Assembly: GCA_913047625.1 (NCBI GenBank) | Contig: CAJWUJ010000006.1 | Coordinates: 695 to 64,694 of the forward strand | Reading direction: 5' to 3' | Length of the DNA: 64,000 nt | Source of the DNA: an uncultured Dehalococcoidia bacterium | GTDB lineage: Bacteria > Chloroflexota > Dehalococcoidia > Lucifugimonadales > CAJWUJ01 | Shown: positions 8,803 through 18,295 of the stretch, one piece after another | How positions within the stretch are numbered: the first letter of the stretch is position 1 | Layout: each line of letters opens with the position of its first letter | Notes under the pieces: model-generated | What the model was told of the DNA's origin: nothing | The model's input: the letters and a program-made list of their open reading frames with translations, nothing else | Database searches by the model: none | Made by a program: the position numbers and the translations under genes

Positions 8803-9510
8803 CTAGCTTAATATTGTAACTAATTGGTTCAAATTGTGAATTTCATAACTGGGTTTAGGTAAGTTATTATTCCAAGTCGCATTGTGGCGATTAAGCCAAA
8901 CAGTGGTTAATCCAGCCATAGCGCCTCCCCAGATATCATCTAACGGATTATCTCCAATATACAGGGACTGCTGAGATGCAGCACCCATCTGTTCGAGAAT
9001 CACTCTAAAAGCATCAGGATGCGGTTTATATGCTTTGGCTATCTCAGATGTAACAACACATTTGACTGGCAAATCATATCTCTTAATTAGAGGCAATGCA
9101 TAAGCATTGTCCGCGTTAGAAAGAATACCTAGGTCAAAATCATTTGATAAGACATTTAAAGTAGAAAGCGTATCGTCAAAAGGGCTTCTTTCTGCCATTT
9201 TTTTAATACAGTGCCTAGCTGCGAGATAAGCATCTCCTGACAAATCTAGTTCGTTAAAGGTACTAAGAAATGTATCAGTCCAAGCAGCAAAGTATGTCTT
9301 GAAGGGAGGACTCTTTATAGGATCTTGGAGATTGATCCGGTCACGACGAAATGCCTTATCTTTTTCTCTCCAAATTAACCATAAATCACGAGAGGATACT
9401 GCAAGATCTTGAGTCTTCACTATATCCCTGAAAACTTCCTCCCAGCTTTCAGGAGCATTCGGAAAGAGCGTCTCATACATGTCAAATATCACTGATTTTA
9501 TGTTTTCCAT
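8803..9510 (-). CDS. HAD-superfamily hydrolase (motif I DxYxT, haloacid-dehalogenase-like subgroup)
   Basis: Motif I VIFDMYETLF, motif III K in AKAYKPHPD, motif IV IGDNPLDDI. It sits between hisF and hisIE on the same strand. Confidence 0.8.
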   Translation of the reverse strand: MENIKSVIFDMYETLFPNAPESWEEVFRDIVKTQDLAVSSRDLWLIWREKDKAFRRDRINLQDPIKSPPFKTYFAAWTDTFLSTFNELDLSGDAYLAARHCIKKMAERSPFDDTLSTLNVLSNDFDLGILSNADNAYALPLIKRYDLPVKCVVTSEIAKAYKPHPDAFRVILEQMGAASQQSLYIGDNPLDDIWGGAMAGLTTVWLNRHNATWNNNLPKPSYEIHNLNQLVTILS

Positions 9511-9534
9511 TTAGTTTAAAACCGCCATAACTAT

Positions 9535-10341
9535 CTATAGTCGGATCGGGATATCATTTCGAGATAAATAATCTTTAACCTGCCCGATGGAAAATGTACC
9601 GTAATGGAACAATGAAGCAGCCAACAATGCATCTGCACCACCTTCAGACACAGCTTCACGAAAATGTTCTAGGCATCCTGCTCCACCGCTGGCTATTAGA
9701 GGAACATTGACAGAGCGACTAACTGCCCTCAAAAGTTCAAGATCATAGCCAGTTTTCTGCCCGTCCCGATCCATACTAGTTAATAAAATCTCTCCTGCAC
9801 CTAATTTTACTGCTTTAGAAATCCATTTGACCACATCAAGCCCGGTTCTAAGACGTCCCCCTTGAATCACCACTTCCCAAATCGAATTTTCCTCGAGCGC
9901 TAGCTCTTCATCACTACTATTCACTACTCTCACCTCAGGAACTCGAATCGCGTCCACTGCTATCACTATACATTGACTGCCATAGTCATCCACTAACTCT
10001 TCTAGTAGCTCATGTTTAAGTACTGCTGCTGAATTGACCGACACTTTATCTGCGCCTGACTCAAGCAGATGCCTTACGTCTTCTGAAGTTCTGACACCAC
10101 CTCCTACAGTCAGCGGAATAAAAATATTCTTGGCCACTTGTTCTACTACGTCCAATGTAATCTCACGATCTTCCGAACTAGCAGTTATATCCAAGAATGT
10201 TATCTCATCTGCATTTTGATCGTTGTATATCTTTGCCAGTTCAACTGGATCCCCTGCATCATGAATATCAACAAAACTAGTACCTTTGACCACACGTCCT
10301 TTATCTACATCCAAACATGGAATAATTCGCTTAGTTAACAT
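9535..10341 (-). CDS. hisF: Imidazole glycerol phosphate synthase cyclase subunit
   Basis: [20 protein letters not shown]...PLTVGGGVR...[12 protein letters not shown]...[23 protein letters not shown]...PLIASGGAG. Confidence 0.95.
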   Translation of the reverse strand: MLTKRIIPCLDVDKGRVVKGTSFVDIHDAGDPVELAKIYNDQNADEITFLDITASSEDREITLDVVEQVAKNIFIPLTVGGGVRTSEDVRHLLESGADKVSVNSAAVLKHELLEELVDDYGSQCIVIAVDAIRVPEVRVVNSSDEELALEENSIWEVVIQGGRLRTGLDVVKWISKAVKLGAGEILLTSMDRDGQKTGYDLELLRAVSRSVNVPLIASGGAGCLEHFREAVSEGGADALLAASLFHYGTFSIGQVKDYLSRNDIPIRL

Positions 10342-10621
10342 TTCGAACTCTCTAACAAGCCTTTCAGACCGAACTTACAAAGACTATGATATATCATTTC
10401 AGCATAAACGCTACATTAATGAGAATCAGGAAAGTTCATTTCAATCATTAATACTCAGCTAGCTTTCTATAAGCGTTTATCAGCTTCCTAGTAGCAGAGG
10501 ACAAAGTTGGGTATAATCAATAATGAATACCATCTGACTAACAACCAAAAAAACCTGTTCCTAGTTTTACAGTAATTGAAAATCATCGCCCCAAGAATTG
10601 GGTCTTACCGGAGAAGTATTA

Positions 10622-11491
10622 ATGAGTAAAGCGCAGCTAGAAGGAATAACTCTAAACTATGAGGAAAACGGATCAGGATTTCCTTTGATTTTTTGTCATG
10701 AATTCGGACAAAATGCAGAGGGATGGGAACATCAAGTAAAATTCTTCTCCAAATACTATAGAGTAATCACATATAGTGCCAGGGGATATCCTCCTTCAGA
10801 CATCCCAGATAATCTACAAGCATATTCTCAAGATATTGTAGTTGCAGACCTTTATCACTTGATTACTCACCTTGGAATCGATCAGGCATACATATGCGGG
10901 TTGTCCATGGGAGGCAGTGTAGCCTTAAACTTTGGGTTGAAGCACCCAGATATTTCAAAAGCATTAATCATAGCAGGCACTGGTTCAGGAAGCACCAATC
11001 CAGATAATTTCAAACAAGAAACTGCCCGCTTTGCAGCAAAATTAAGAGAGCAAGGTATGAGTGCATTAAAAAACTATTCGGTCGGACCGGTTAGAATGCA
11101 GTTCAAGACTAAACATCCGGACCGATGGAAGTTATTCCAACAAAGATTATATGCGAATTCTCCTATTGGTTCATCATTTACCTTGGAAGGGTTTATTGGA
11201 AGTAGACCCAGCATATTCTCTCTTGAAGAATCACTTCAAAAGATGCTTCGCCCAACCTTAATTATTATTGGAGATGAAGACGAGCCATGCGTTGAGCCGG
11301 CTCTTTTTCTTAAACGTACAATTCCTATGGCAGGGCTAGCGGTACTTCCTCAAACAGGACACACCTTGAATGTTGAAGAACCGGAGAAATTTAATAACCT
11401 TATTTTAGATTTCTTACAAGCAGTAGAAAATCAAACATGGTTATCTCAAGGGCCAAGATTAAAGTCAGGCTTTCTTTCAAATGAAGATTGA
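10622..11491 (+). CDS. Alpha/beta-fold hydrolase
   Basis: Nucleophile elbow GLSMGG, an HE-type oxyanion region (LIFCHEFG) and a C-terminal GH. I moved the start from TTG 10598 to ATG 10622, which has GGAG 8 nt upstream. Confidence 0.8.
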   Translation: MSKAQLEGITLNYEENGSGFPLIFCHEFGQNAEGWEHQVKFFSKYYRVITYSARGYPPSDIPDNLQAYSQDIVVADLYHLITHLGIDQAYICGLSMGGSVALNFGLKHPDISKALIIAGTGSGSTNPDNFKQETARFAAKLREQGMSALKNYSVGPVRMQFKTKHPDRWKLFQQRLYANSPIGSSFTLEGFIGSRPSIFSLEESLQKMLRPTLIIIGDEDEPCVEPALFLKRTIPMAGLAVLPQTGHTLNVEEPEKFNNLILDFLQAVENQTWLSQGPRLKSGFLSNED

Positions 11492-11564
11492 TCTTCAACT
11501 ACATGCATTGGCAAATCGTGTAGTTCTATACTCTAGTTTTTATAGCTAATAAAGTAGGATTTAT

Positions 11565-12779
11565 ATGCGACTCATTTTACTGAACCCCACAATTATCGAC
11601 GGGAAGTCAACTGAACCAATAGAAGGTTTTTCAATAATTATTGAAAATAACCGTATTTCGAAACTCTCCAAATCCCCTACTCAAACTGAAATAAAAGGCG
11701 CAAAGGTCATAGACCTACATGGTTTTTTTGCGATCCCTGGACTGTTCGATACACATACTCACTTAGTTTCTCCACTATCAGACGTATTCCACGCAAATGA
11801 AACAACCGTAGCAAGGTACATTAGAGCGGGGAAAGAATGTATGGATGGGCTTTCAGTTGGTATCACAAGTGTTAGAGCAGTAGGAACCCACAATTATCTC
11901 GATTTAGCATGGAAAAGATCCTTCGCAAATAATATGTTCTCTGGGCCAAGGATTTTTGCATCAGGATATGCACTTACTACCACTGCAGGACATGCAGTTG
12001 AGAAAGAAATAACTTATGCCTCTGATGGTGGGCCCGGTTTCAGGAAAATCATTCGTGAACAACTCAAAGAGGGTGTTGATCATTTAAAACTATTAATGTC
12101 AGGAGGATGTTTCGGCGACAGATGGGACTCACCAACGGATACTCATTTTCTTACTGATGAGATCGAATCTGTTTTCGGAATAGCACAGCAAAGAGGTTAC
12201 AAAGTTGCTGTACATGCAGGGAGTCCTGAATCCACCAAGATTGCAGTAAAGGCAGGAGCGCACAGCATCGAACATGGGTACAGTCTGGATGAAGAAAGTG
12301 TTGCCCTCATGGTTAGTAATAACACATATTATGTTCCCACACTCTTGATTACACATATGACAAATGAAGCTGCATTAACTCCTTATCATAAAAATTATAT
12401 TACTCAATGGCCGCTTCCTAATAACCTGCTTGAACGAGCAAATGCTAATCGAGCTGCCCATTCCTCTGCCTTCAAGATGGCATTGGAAGCTGGTGTTAAG
12501 ATCGCAGCAGGATCTGACGCAGGTCCTCTAAAAGATGCATCAATCCTAGAAATCGAATTACTTGTTCAAAATGGAATGTCCCCTATGAACGCTATCAAGG
12601 CCGCGACTCTGACTAGTGCAGCAGTTTGTGAAGCAGACGAAGAGTTAGGGTCAATAGAAGAAGGGAAATGCGCAGATCTTGTCATATTGCGAAAAAACCC
12701 TGTAGAAGCCATAGGTAATATCAGATCCGTCTATCAGGTTTACAAAAACGGGAAACTAGCAATTGATGAAAGCCAGTAA
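11565..12779 (+). CDS. Metal-dependent amidohydrolase family protein
   Basis: PGLFDTHTHL (HxH metal site), VAVHA, SIEHG, AAGSDAG. This is the imidazolonepropionase/Xaa-Pro-dipeptidase-like branch of the amidohydrolase superfamily. Confidence 0.8.
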   Translation: MRLILLNPTIIDGKSTEPIEGFSIIIENNRISKLSKSPTQTEIKGAKVIDLHGFFAIPGLFDTHTHLVSPLSDVFHANETTVARYIRAGKECMDGLSVGITSVRAVGTHNYLDLAWKRSFANNMFSGPRIFASGYALTTTAGHAVEKEITYASDGGPGFRKIIREQLKEGVDHLKLLMSGGCFGDRWDSPTDTHFLTDEIESVFGIAQQRGYKVAVHAGSPESTKIAVKAGAHSIEHGYSLDEESVALMVSNNTYYVPTLLITHMTNEAALTPYHKNYITQWPLPNNLLERANANRAAHSSAFKMALEAGVKIAAGSDAGPLKDASILEIELLVQNGMSPMNAIKAATLTSAAVCEADEELGSIEEGKCADLVILRKNPVEAIGNIRSVYQVYKNGKLAIDESQ

Positions 12780-12805
12780 AGACTCCTCTCTTTCAAGAAT
12801 GAGCA

Positions 12806-14029
12806 ATGCACACTAAACTCTGGACCATTTCAACCGGATGGCTATGTCTCTTTACAGGTTACGGCATCATCGTATACGCATATCTCCTATGTTTTGAATC
12901 TTGGCATCAAATATTCGGCTGGTCAAGAGGATTATTATCAATGTCCTTTTCAGTTGGGTTGGTTATAGTAGCCTTTACGAGTCCTCTCGTAGGTAAAATG
13001 ACCGATGTTGTAGGCCCAAGAAAAGTCATCATTGCAGGAACACTTGTTCTAGCTACCGGAATAGCCTTATTAGCCACTATGGAACATCAATGGCAATTAT
13101 TTGCATACTACGGTTTGGCATCGTTAGGTTTTTCCATGAGTTCATCAGTCCCTGTGAGTGCTATGGTCGTTAAATGGTTCCCAGAAAGAAAAGGTCTTTT
13201 TAATGGGATAGTCTTTTCGGGAGTAGGTACCGGAGGATTTGTAATTGGCTTTTTATCAGGTCAACTTATTACTGGATTAGGTTGGGTAATCACGCTTAAT
13301 CTCCTCGCATTATGGATCTTCTTGGTACAATTACCCGCTGTATTCTTTGGTATAAGGAACCCAACTGTTTCTGGAACACCTATCCCAACCAATAAATACA
13401 CAAGTAGTAATCCCCCTAGCAGTACTAAAGATGATGGACTAACCTTGAAAGAAAGTATCAAGTCTCATGAGTTTTGGATTATTGCAATACTCTTATTTAG
13501 CGCTTTAGCATCATCCACTGCAACTTTCTCTCAAATTCAACCATTCCTTCTTGATCTAGGTTACTCCATTTCAACAGCAAACTTATTTGTGAGTATTAAT
13601 GGGTTAGCAGCAGTCATCTCCAAATTCGCATACAGTTTCTTGAGCGATCGTTTTAGCGTAAAAAAAATCTTAATATATGCTTCATGGACCGCACTAATAG
13701 GTCCAATTCTCATGGTAGGTGTCACTGAATATGATTTTCCAAGATACCTATCTCTAGTCGTGCCTGTCATCCTAGGAAGTTCCGGCACAGCATTTAGCGC
13801 ATTAATAGCTATCATCAGTGCTGCTGCCTTTGGTCGAAAACAAATCGGAGCCATAACCGGAAGCTTAGGTTTTGCTTTACTTTTAGGAATGGCTTTAGGA
13901 CCAGGTTTCGTAGGATTGTTATTTGAAATAACCTTAGGCTATCTAATTCCCATAACAGTATTGATTCTCTTCAATGTTATCTTTATAATACTCCTGCTAT
14001 TCTTCACGAAGATGGAATATCAGACTTAA
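12806..14029 (+). CDS. MFS transporter (oxalate/formate antiporter-like)
   Basis: About 12 predicted hydrophobic helices, a GKMTDVVGPRK loop motif after TM2, and a central hydrophilic loop. Confidence 0.8.
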   Translation: MHTKLWTISTGWLCLFTGYGIIVYAYLLCFESWHQIFGWSRGLLSMSFSVGLVIVAFTSPLVGKMTDVVGPRKVIIAGTLVLATGIALLATMEHQWQLFAYYGLASLGFSMSSSVPVSAMVVKWFPERKGLFNGIVFSGVGTGGFVIGFLSGQLITGLGWVITLNLLALWIFLVQLPAVFFGIRNPTVSGTPIPTNKYTSSNPPSSTKDDGLTLKESIKSHEFWIIAILLFSALASSTATFSQIQPFLLDLGYSISTANLFVSINGLAAVISKFAYSFLSDRFSVKKILIYASWTALIGPILMVGVTEYDFPRYLSLVVPVILGSSGTAFSALIAIISAAAFGRKQIGAITGSLGFALLLGMALGPGFVGLLFEITLGYLIPITVLILFNVIFIILLLFFTKMEYQT

Positions 14030-14046
14030 ATACCTCGATCAAAACT

Positions 14047-14724
14047 ATGGCCATAGTATCTGCTACTAATATACACAAAACCTATGCCTCAGGGGACCTA
14101 GCTGTTAGGGCTCTCAGAGGAGTAGATATCGAAGTGCAACAAGGTGAAATGGTAGCAATCATGGGGCCCAGTGGATGTGGTAAAACTACACTACTGAATT
14201 GTCTTTCTGGACTCGACAACGTCAATGATGGAAACATCTCTATTGGTGGCAAAGCTATTCACGAATTGACTGATGATGAAATCAGTGAATTTAGGGCAAA
14301 ATTTATGGGTTTCGTGTTCCAAACGTATAATCTACTCCCAGTCCTCACAGCCCAAGAAAACGTAGAACTACCTCTACTAGTTTCAGGTGTTTCAACAAAG
14401 ATCGCAGCAAAGAAGGCTCAAGAGCAACTTGAGCTGGTAGGACTTCTTGATAGAGCGAATCACAGACCTGCAGAACTCTCAGGAGGTCAACAGCAAAGAG
14501 TTGCTGTAGCCAGATCACTGGTGAATACACCAGAGATTATCTGGGCTGATGAGCCCACTGGGAATCTTGATAGCCAAAACGAACAGGAAATAATGGATCT
14601 AATTTGTGATATGAATAAACAGCACAAACAAACATTCGTACTAGTCACTCACTCAGAAACCGTGGGTGCCAGAACCAACCGAATCATCAGAATGTCTGAT
14701 GGGTTAATAGCATCGGACAGCTAA
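14047..14724 (+). CDS. ABC transporter ATP-binding protein (MacB/LolD/FtsE-like)
   Basis: Walker A GPSGCGKTT, Q-loop FVFQ, signature LSGGQQQRVAVARSL, Walker B IIWADEPTGNLD. Confidence 0.92.
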   Translation: MAIVSATNIHKTYASGDLAVRALRGVDIEVQQGEMVAIMGPSGCGKTTLLNCLSGLDNVNDGNISIGGKAIHELTDDEISEFRAKFMGFVFQTYNLLPVLTAQENVELPLLVSGVSTKIAAKKAQEQLELVGLLDRANHRPAELSGGQQQRVAVARSLVNTPEIIWADEPTGNLDSQNEQEIMDLICDMNKQHKQTFVLVTHSETVGARTNRIIRMSDGLIASDS

Positions 14725-14743
14725 CTTCTTAATGTAGTAAATC

Positions 14744-17700
14744 ATGCAAGAATTATTCGGACTATCCACCGATTCCATCGCATGGGCAATCATCTTTTCT
14801 TTGGGAATAACAGCCACTCTAGTAACTGTAGGCGTACTCCGTAATCCAATTATAGCGAAGATGGGCGTTCGTAATATCGGGCGTAGGCCTGCCCAAACAA
14901 GTCTTATAGTTTTAGGGCTCATGCTCAGTACAGTCATTATTAGTGCATCTCTTGGGATCGGAGATACTGTGTACAGTTCAATCAGAAATACAGCTCTGGA
15001 TTCCATGGGACATATCGATGAAGAAATCACTGTTACTGGCGGAATACCTTTCAGTGAGGAACAAATACGCATCGTAACTCAAACAGCAGAGAAGACAGAA
15101 GTGGACGGGATCATCTATAGGATAGACAAGAGATTTCCAGTAATCAATAAGGCCAATAGTAGAACAGAATCGAGAATGATAATCCGAGGCTACCAAACAC
15201 CTACTACTGATCAGGATAGCAGAAATTCTCTTGATGGATTCCCTGACTATGCCTATGCAGATGTAAATATATGTAGGCGATGGAATAGTCACTCCTGCAA
15301 TTTTGGTTCTATTAAGAATCTCAAAGGAAGTGTACTTTCCCTAGAGTCACTAGAACCCTACGAACTCTACCTAAACCGGTCTGCCGCATCAACTCTTGGT
15401 GCGAAAGAAGGAGACAAGCTAGATGTTATTACCAATGAATCCAGGGTCGAATTTACAGTTGCAGCAGTTTTACGAGAGGGCGGTCTTGCAAGTGGTGGAG
15501 GCCGAAAGGTAGCTCTAACTAGATATATTGATCTGGCTAAGATCCTTAACCGCGAAGGGGAAATCGATTGGATCGGAATTTCCAATACTGGTGGAATCGA
15601 AGAAGGATTAGTGTTTTCCGACGAAGTTACTGGTGCCTTACGCCTGGCTTCAATCAATCAAACTGTCGGTAAACAAATATTTGTCAGTTTGCAAAATTCA
15701 ACTGCTCTTAATATTCTCGAGACAAAACTTATTGATCCACTAATTACGGAAGAAGAAACAGAATCATTATCCGTCATTGTATCCGCACTGGAACAATCAG
15801 AACTCAGCGACCAATTCCTGACCACAGTAGCTGATCCAATCGCGTTTAATCACCTTATGACAACACTATCAGAAGACCAATCTGTGGAAGAAGGATTATC
15901 ACTCCGACTAGGCATCCTTTGGACCCAACTTAACGAATTGGAAATCAACCCTATTAAATCGAATTCTTTAGCAATAGCTGAACGTGCGAGCACATCGGTA
16001 ACAACACTTTTTAGCATATTTGGATCATTCTCAATTATTGTAGGATTACTGCTGATATTTTTAGTCATGGTGCTCTTAGCAGCTTCACGAAAAACAGAAA
16101 TGGGAATGGCAAGAGCAATCGGGATGAAAAGATCTCATTTAATGCAAATGTTTGTCTACGAGGGAAGTGTTTATGCTCTTATTTCAGCCTTTGTTGGTAC
16201 TGTAATCGGGTCTTTGGTAGGAATTGCACTAGTGGGACTGCTTAGACAAGCAATTGCGACCCCAGATTTCGTGATTGAGTACACTTTTACATTCAAGTCA
16301 ATTTTAATAGCCTTTGGAGGAGGATTCCTACTCACCGTCATTACTGTAACTGCCTCAGCTTACCGGGTTAGCAGACTGAATATTGTTGTAGCAATTCGAG
16401 GACTAAACGAAGAACTAGCTTCAAAAGCCTATGTCAATTGGCCCACCAGAGGCAAACGCTTACTCCTTAGCTTTATCCTTCCCATCATCGCACTTGGAAA
16501 CATCTTTAAACAGATACGAGCCTTACAGTTGTCTGGAATGCTCATAGCTTTGATTAAAGTTGTGCTTCTTCCATTAACATGGCCAATTTTAATAATGAAA
16601 AACATACTGTCAATGTTTTTCACTGTGGTAGCCCAAGGATGGCCACTACTAATCATAGGGCCTTTATTGGTCGTAACAAGTATAGGAGCAGATAATGGAA
16701 CAGGGTTTAATCTCGGAGTTAGCCTAGTGATTATCGGGATTGGCCTGTTGTTACGTAAAGTATTGATTTTCGTACAGATTTCTAAGAAAAAGACTACACG
16801 GATAGCTACCACATTTGAAGGACTCAGTCTCCTGATATTCTGGGGACTTCCATTCACTCTGTTAGAACCTTTAACAGGAAAACTGAACACCACGCCAGAC
16901 ATTTTTGTCCTAGGCGGGGTAACCATGGTTGCCTCTGTGGTATGGGTAATAATGAACAACAACGAAGTGCTTTTATGGTTCGCCAACCTTACGATAGGCA
17001 AAATAACCGGTATTCAAGCAGTCCTTAAAACAGCTATAGCATATCCTGTAGCCTCAACCTTTCGTACCGGACTCACCATATCGATGTTTGGAATAGTGAT
17101 TTTTACCTTAACCATTTTCGCGGTTTTGAATAATATCCAAAATGTAGCTAGGGAACAACCAACCAGAGTAACCGGGGGATACGATATTAAAGCTGATACT
17201 CTTTTCCCTATTAACGACTTTTCCCAACAAGTAGCTGCTTCTTCCTTATTAGATAGTAAGGACTTTGTTGTCACCGCTAAATCTAAAAACATACAAGCAA
17301 TTGGGAGAGAAATAGATGCTAAGGAAACCCAGTTTAAGTCTCTTCTTATCAGAAGTGTAGACGACAATTACTTAAAAACCACTCAACTGCAGTTTTCTCA
17401 CTACAATCCCCAGTACGGATCCAGCCCTCGGGATATTTGGAATAGCCTTCTTTCGGATCCAAATCTCGCTGTAGCTAGTAATAGTATTCTACCTAGTGGC
17501 GACCCGTTCGGTCCTACAAATAGAGGATTTCAAGCAGAAGATCGTCTACCCGATGCAGAATCACAAGATTGGGAACTCCTTCAATTAGAAATCCTGCCAG
17601 AAGACAAACAATTATCTGGAGAGTCCCTTGAACTAACAGTGATAGCAGTAATAGACTCTGTAGCAGACTCCCTCGACTTCCAGCAGCCTTCGTACGTCAT

Positions 17701-18286
17701 AACCAGCGACAAACAAAGTAAACTACAAGACTTACAAGAAGGTCGTAACAGCTATTTTATTAAACTGCAACCAGGGGTCAATGCAGATGATATAACCCCG
17801 CTCATGGAAACAGTATTCTTACCCTACGGGCTTGCTGCAACCAACACACTTTCCCAAATAGATGCAGGACTTGAAACACAGGAAGCATTCAATAAGCTAT
17901 TTCAAGGTTTTATGAGTCTGGGTATAGTAGTCGGAGTAGTTGCGATTGGGGTATTGTCTATCAGGGCGGTAGTGGAACGGCGTAAAATAATAGGTACTAT
18001 GCGAGCTATTGGTTACAAATCCCGCATGATTGCATTTAGCTTCCTTTTAGAGGCACTCTTTATAACGCTACTAGGTGTCATCATTGGAGTTGGACTCGGG
18101 CTCTTAACCGCTTCAAACATCTTCCGAGAAATCTCGAGGGAAGTTGAAGGGGTTAAGTTTTCCATTCCAGTACTTAATCTAGCTGCTATCATTTTTATTA
18201 CTAGCATAGCAGCTCTAATAAGTAGTTTTCTCCCAGCCAGACAAGCTAGCAAAATTTATCCTGCAGAAGCGCTTAGATACGAATGA
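14744..18286 (+). CDS. ABC transporter permease with two FtsX/MacB-type domains (1180 aa)
   Basis: Two copies of the architecture TM, then a large extracytoplasmic domain, then a three-helix FtsX bundle (RKTEMGMARAIGMKR... and RRKIIGTMRAIGYKS...). Additional hydrophobic helices lie between the halves. It starts 20 nt after the ATPase gene. Confidence 0.85.
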   Translation: MQELFGLSTDSIAWAIIFSLGITATLVTVGVLRNPIIAKMGVRNIGRRPAQTSLIVLGLMLSTVIISASLGIGDTVYSSIRNTALDSMGHIDEEITVTGGIPFSEEQIRIVTQTAEKTEVDGIIYRIDKRFPVINKANSRTESRMIIRGYQTPTTDQDSRNSLDGFPDYAYADVNICRRWNSHSCNFGSIKNLKGSVLSLESLEPYELYLNRSAASTLGAKEGDKLDVITNESRVEFTVAAVLREGGLASGGGRKVALTRYIDLAKILNREGEIDWIGISNTGGIEEGLVFSDEVTGALRLASINQTVGKQIFVSLQNSTALNILETKLIDPLITEEETESLSVIVSALEQSELSDQFLTTVADPIAFNHLMTTLSEDQSVEEGLSLRLGILWTQLNELEINPIKSNSLAIAERASTSVTTLFSIFGSFSIIVGLLLIFLVMVLLAASRKTEMGMARAIGMKRSHLMQMFVYEGSVYALISAFVGTVIGSLVGIALVGLLRQAIATPDFVIEYTFTFKSILIAFGGGFLLTVITVTASAYRVSRLNIVVAIRGLNEELASKAYVNWPTRGKRLLLSFILPIIALGNIFKQIRALQLSGMLIALIKVVLLPLTWPILIMKNILSMFFTVVAQGWPLLIIGPLLVVTSIGADNGTGFNLGVSLVIIGIGLLLRKVLIFVQISKKKTTRIATTFEGLSLLIFWGLPFTLLEPLTGKLNTTPDIFVLGGVTMVASVVWVIMNNNEVLLWFANLTIGKITGIQAVLKTAIAYPVASTFRTGLTISMFGIVIFTLTIFAVLNNIQNVAREQPTRVTGGYDIKADTLFPINDFSQQVAASSLLDSKDFVVTAKSKNIQAIGREIDAKETQFKSLLIRSVDDNYLKTTQLQFSHYNPQYGSSPRDIWNSLLSDPNLAVASNSILPSGDPFGPTNRGFQAEDRLPDAESQDWELLQLEILPEDKQLSGESLELTVIAVIDSVADSLDFQQPSYVITSDKQSKLQDLQEGRNSYFIKLQPGVNADDITPLMETVFLPYGLAATNTLSQIDAGLETQEAFNKLFQGFMSLGIVVGVVAIGVLSIRAVVERRKIIGTMRAIGYKSRMIAFSFLLEALFITLLGVIIGVGLGLLTASNIFREISREVEGVKFSIPVLNLAAIIFITSIAALISSFLPARQASKIYPAEALRYE

Positions 18287-18295
18287 TCTAACCGA

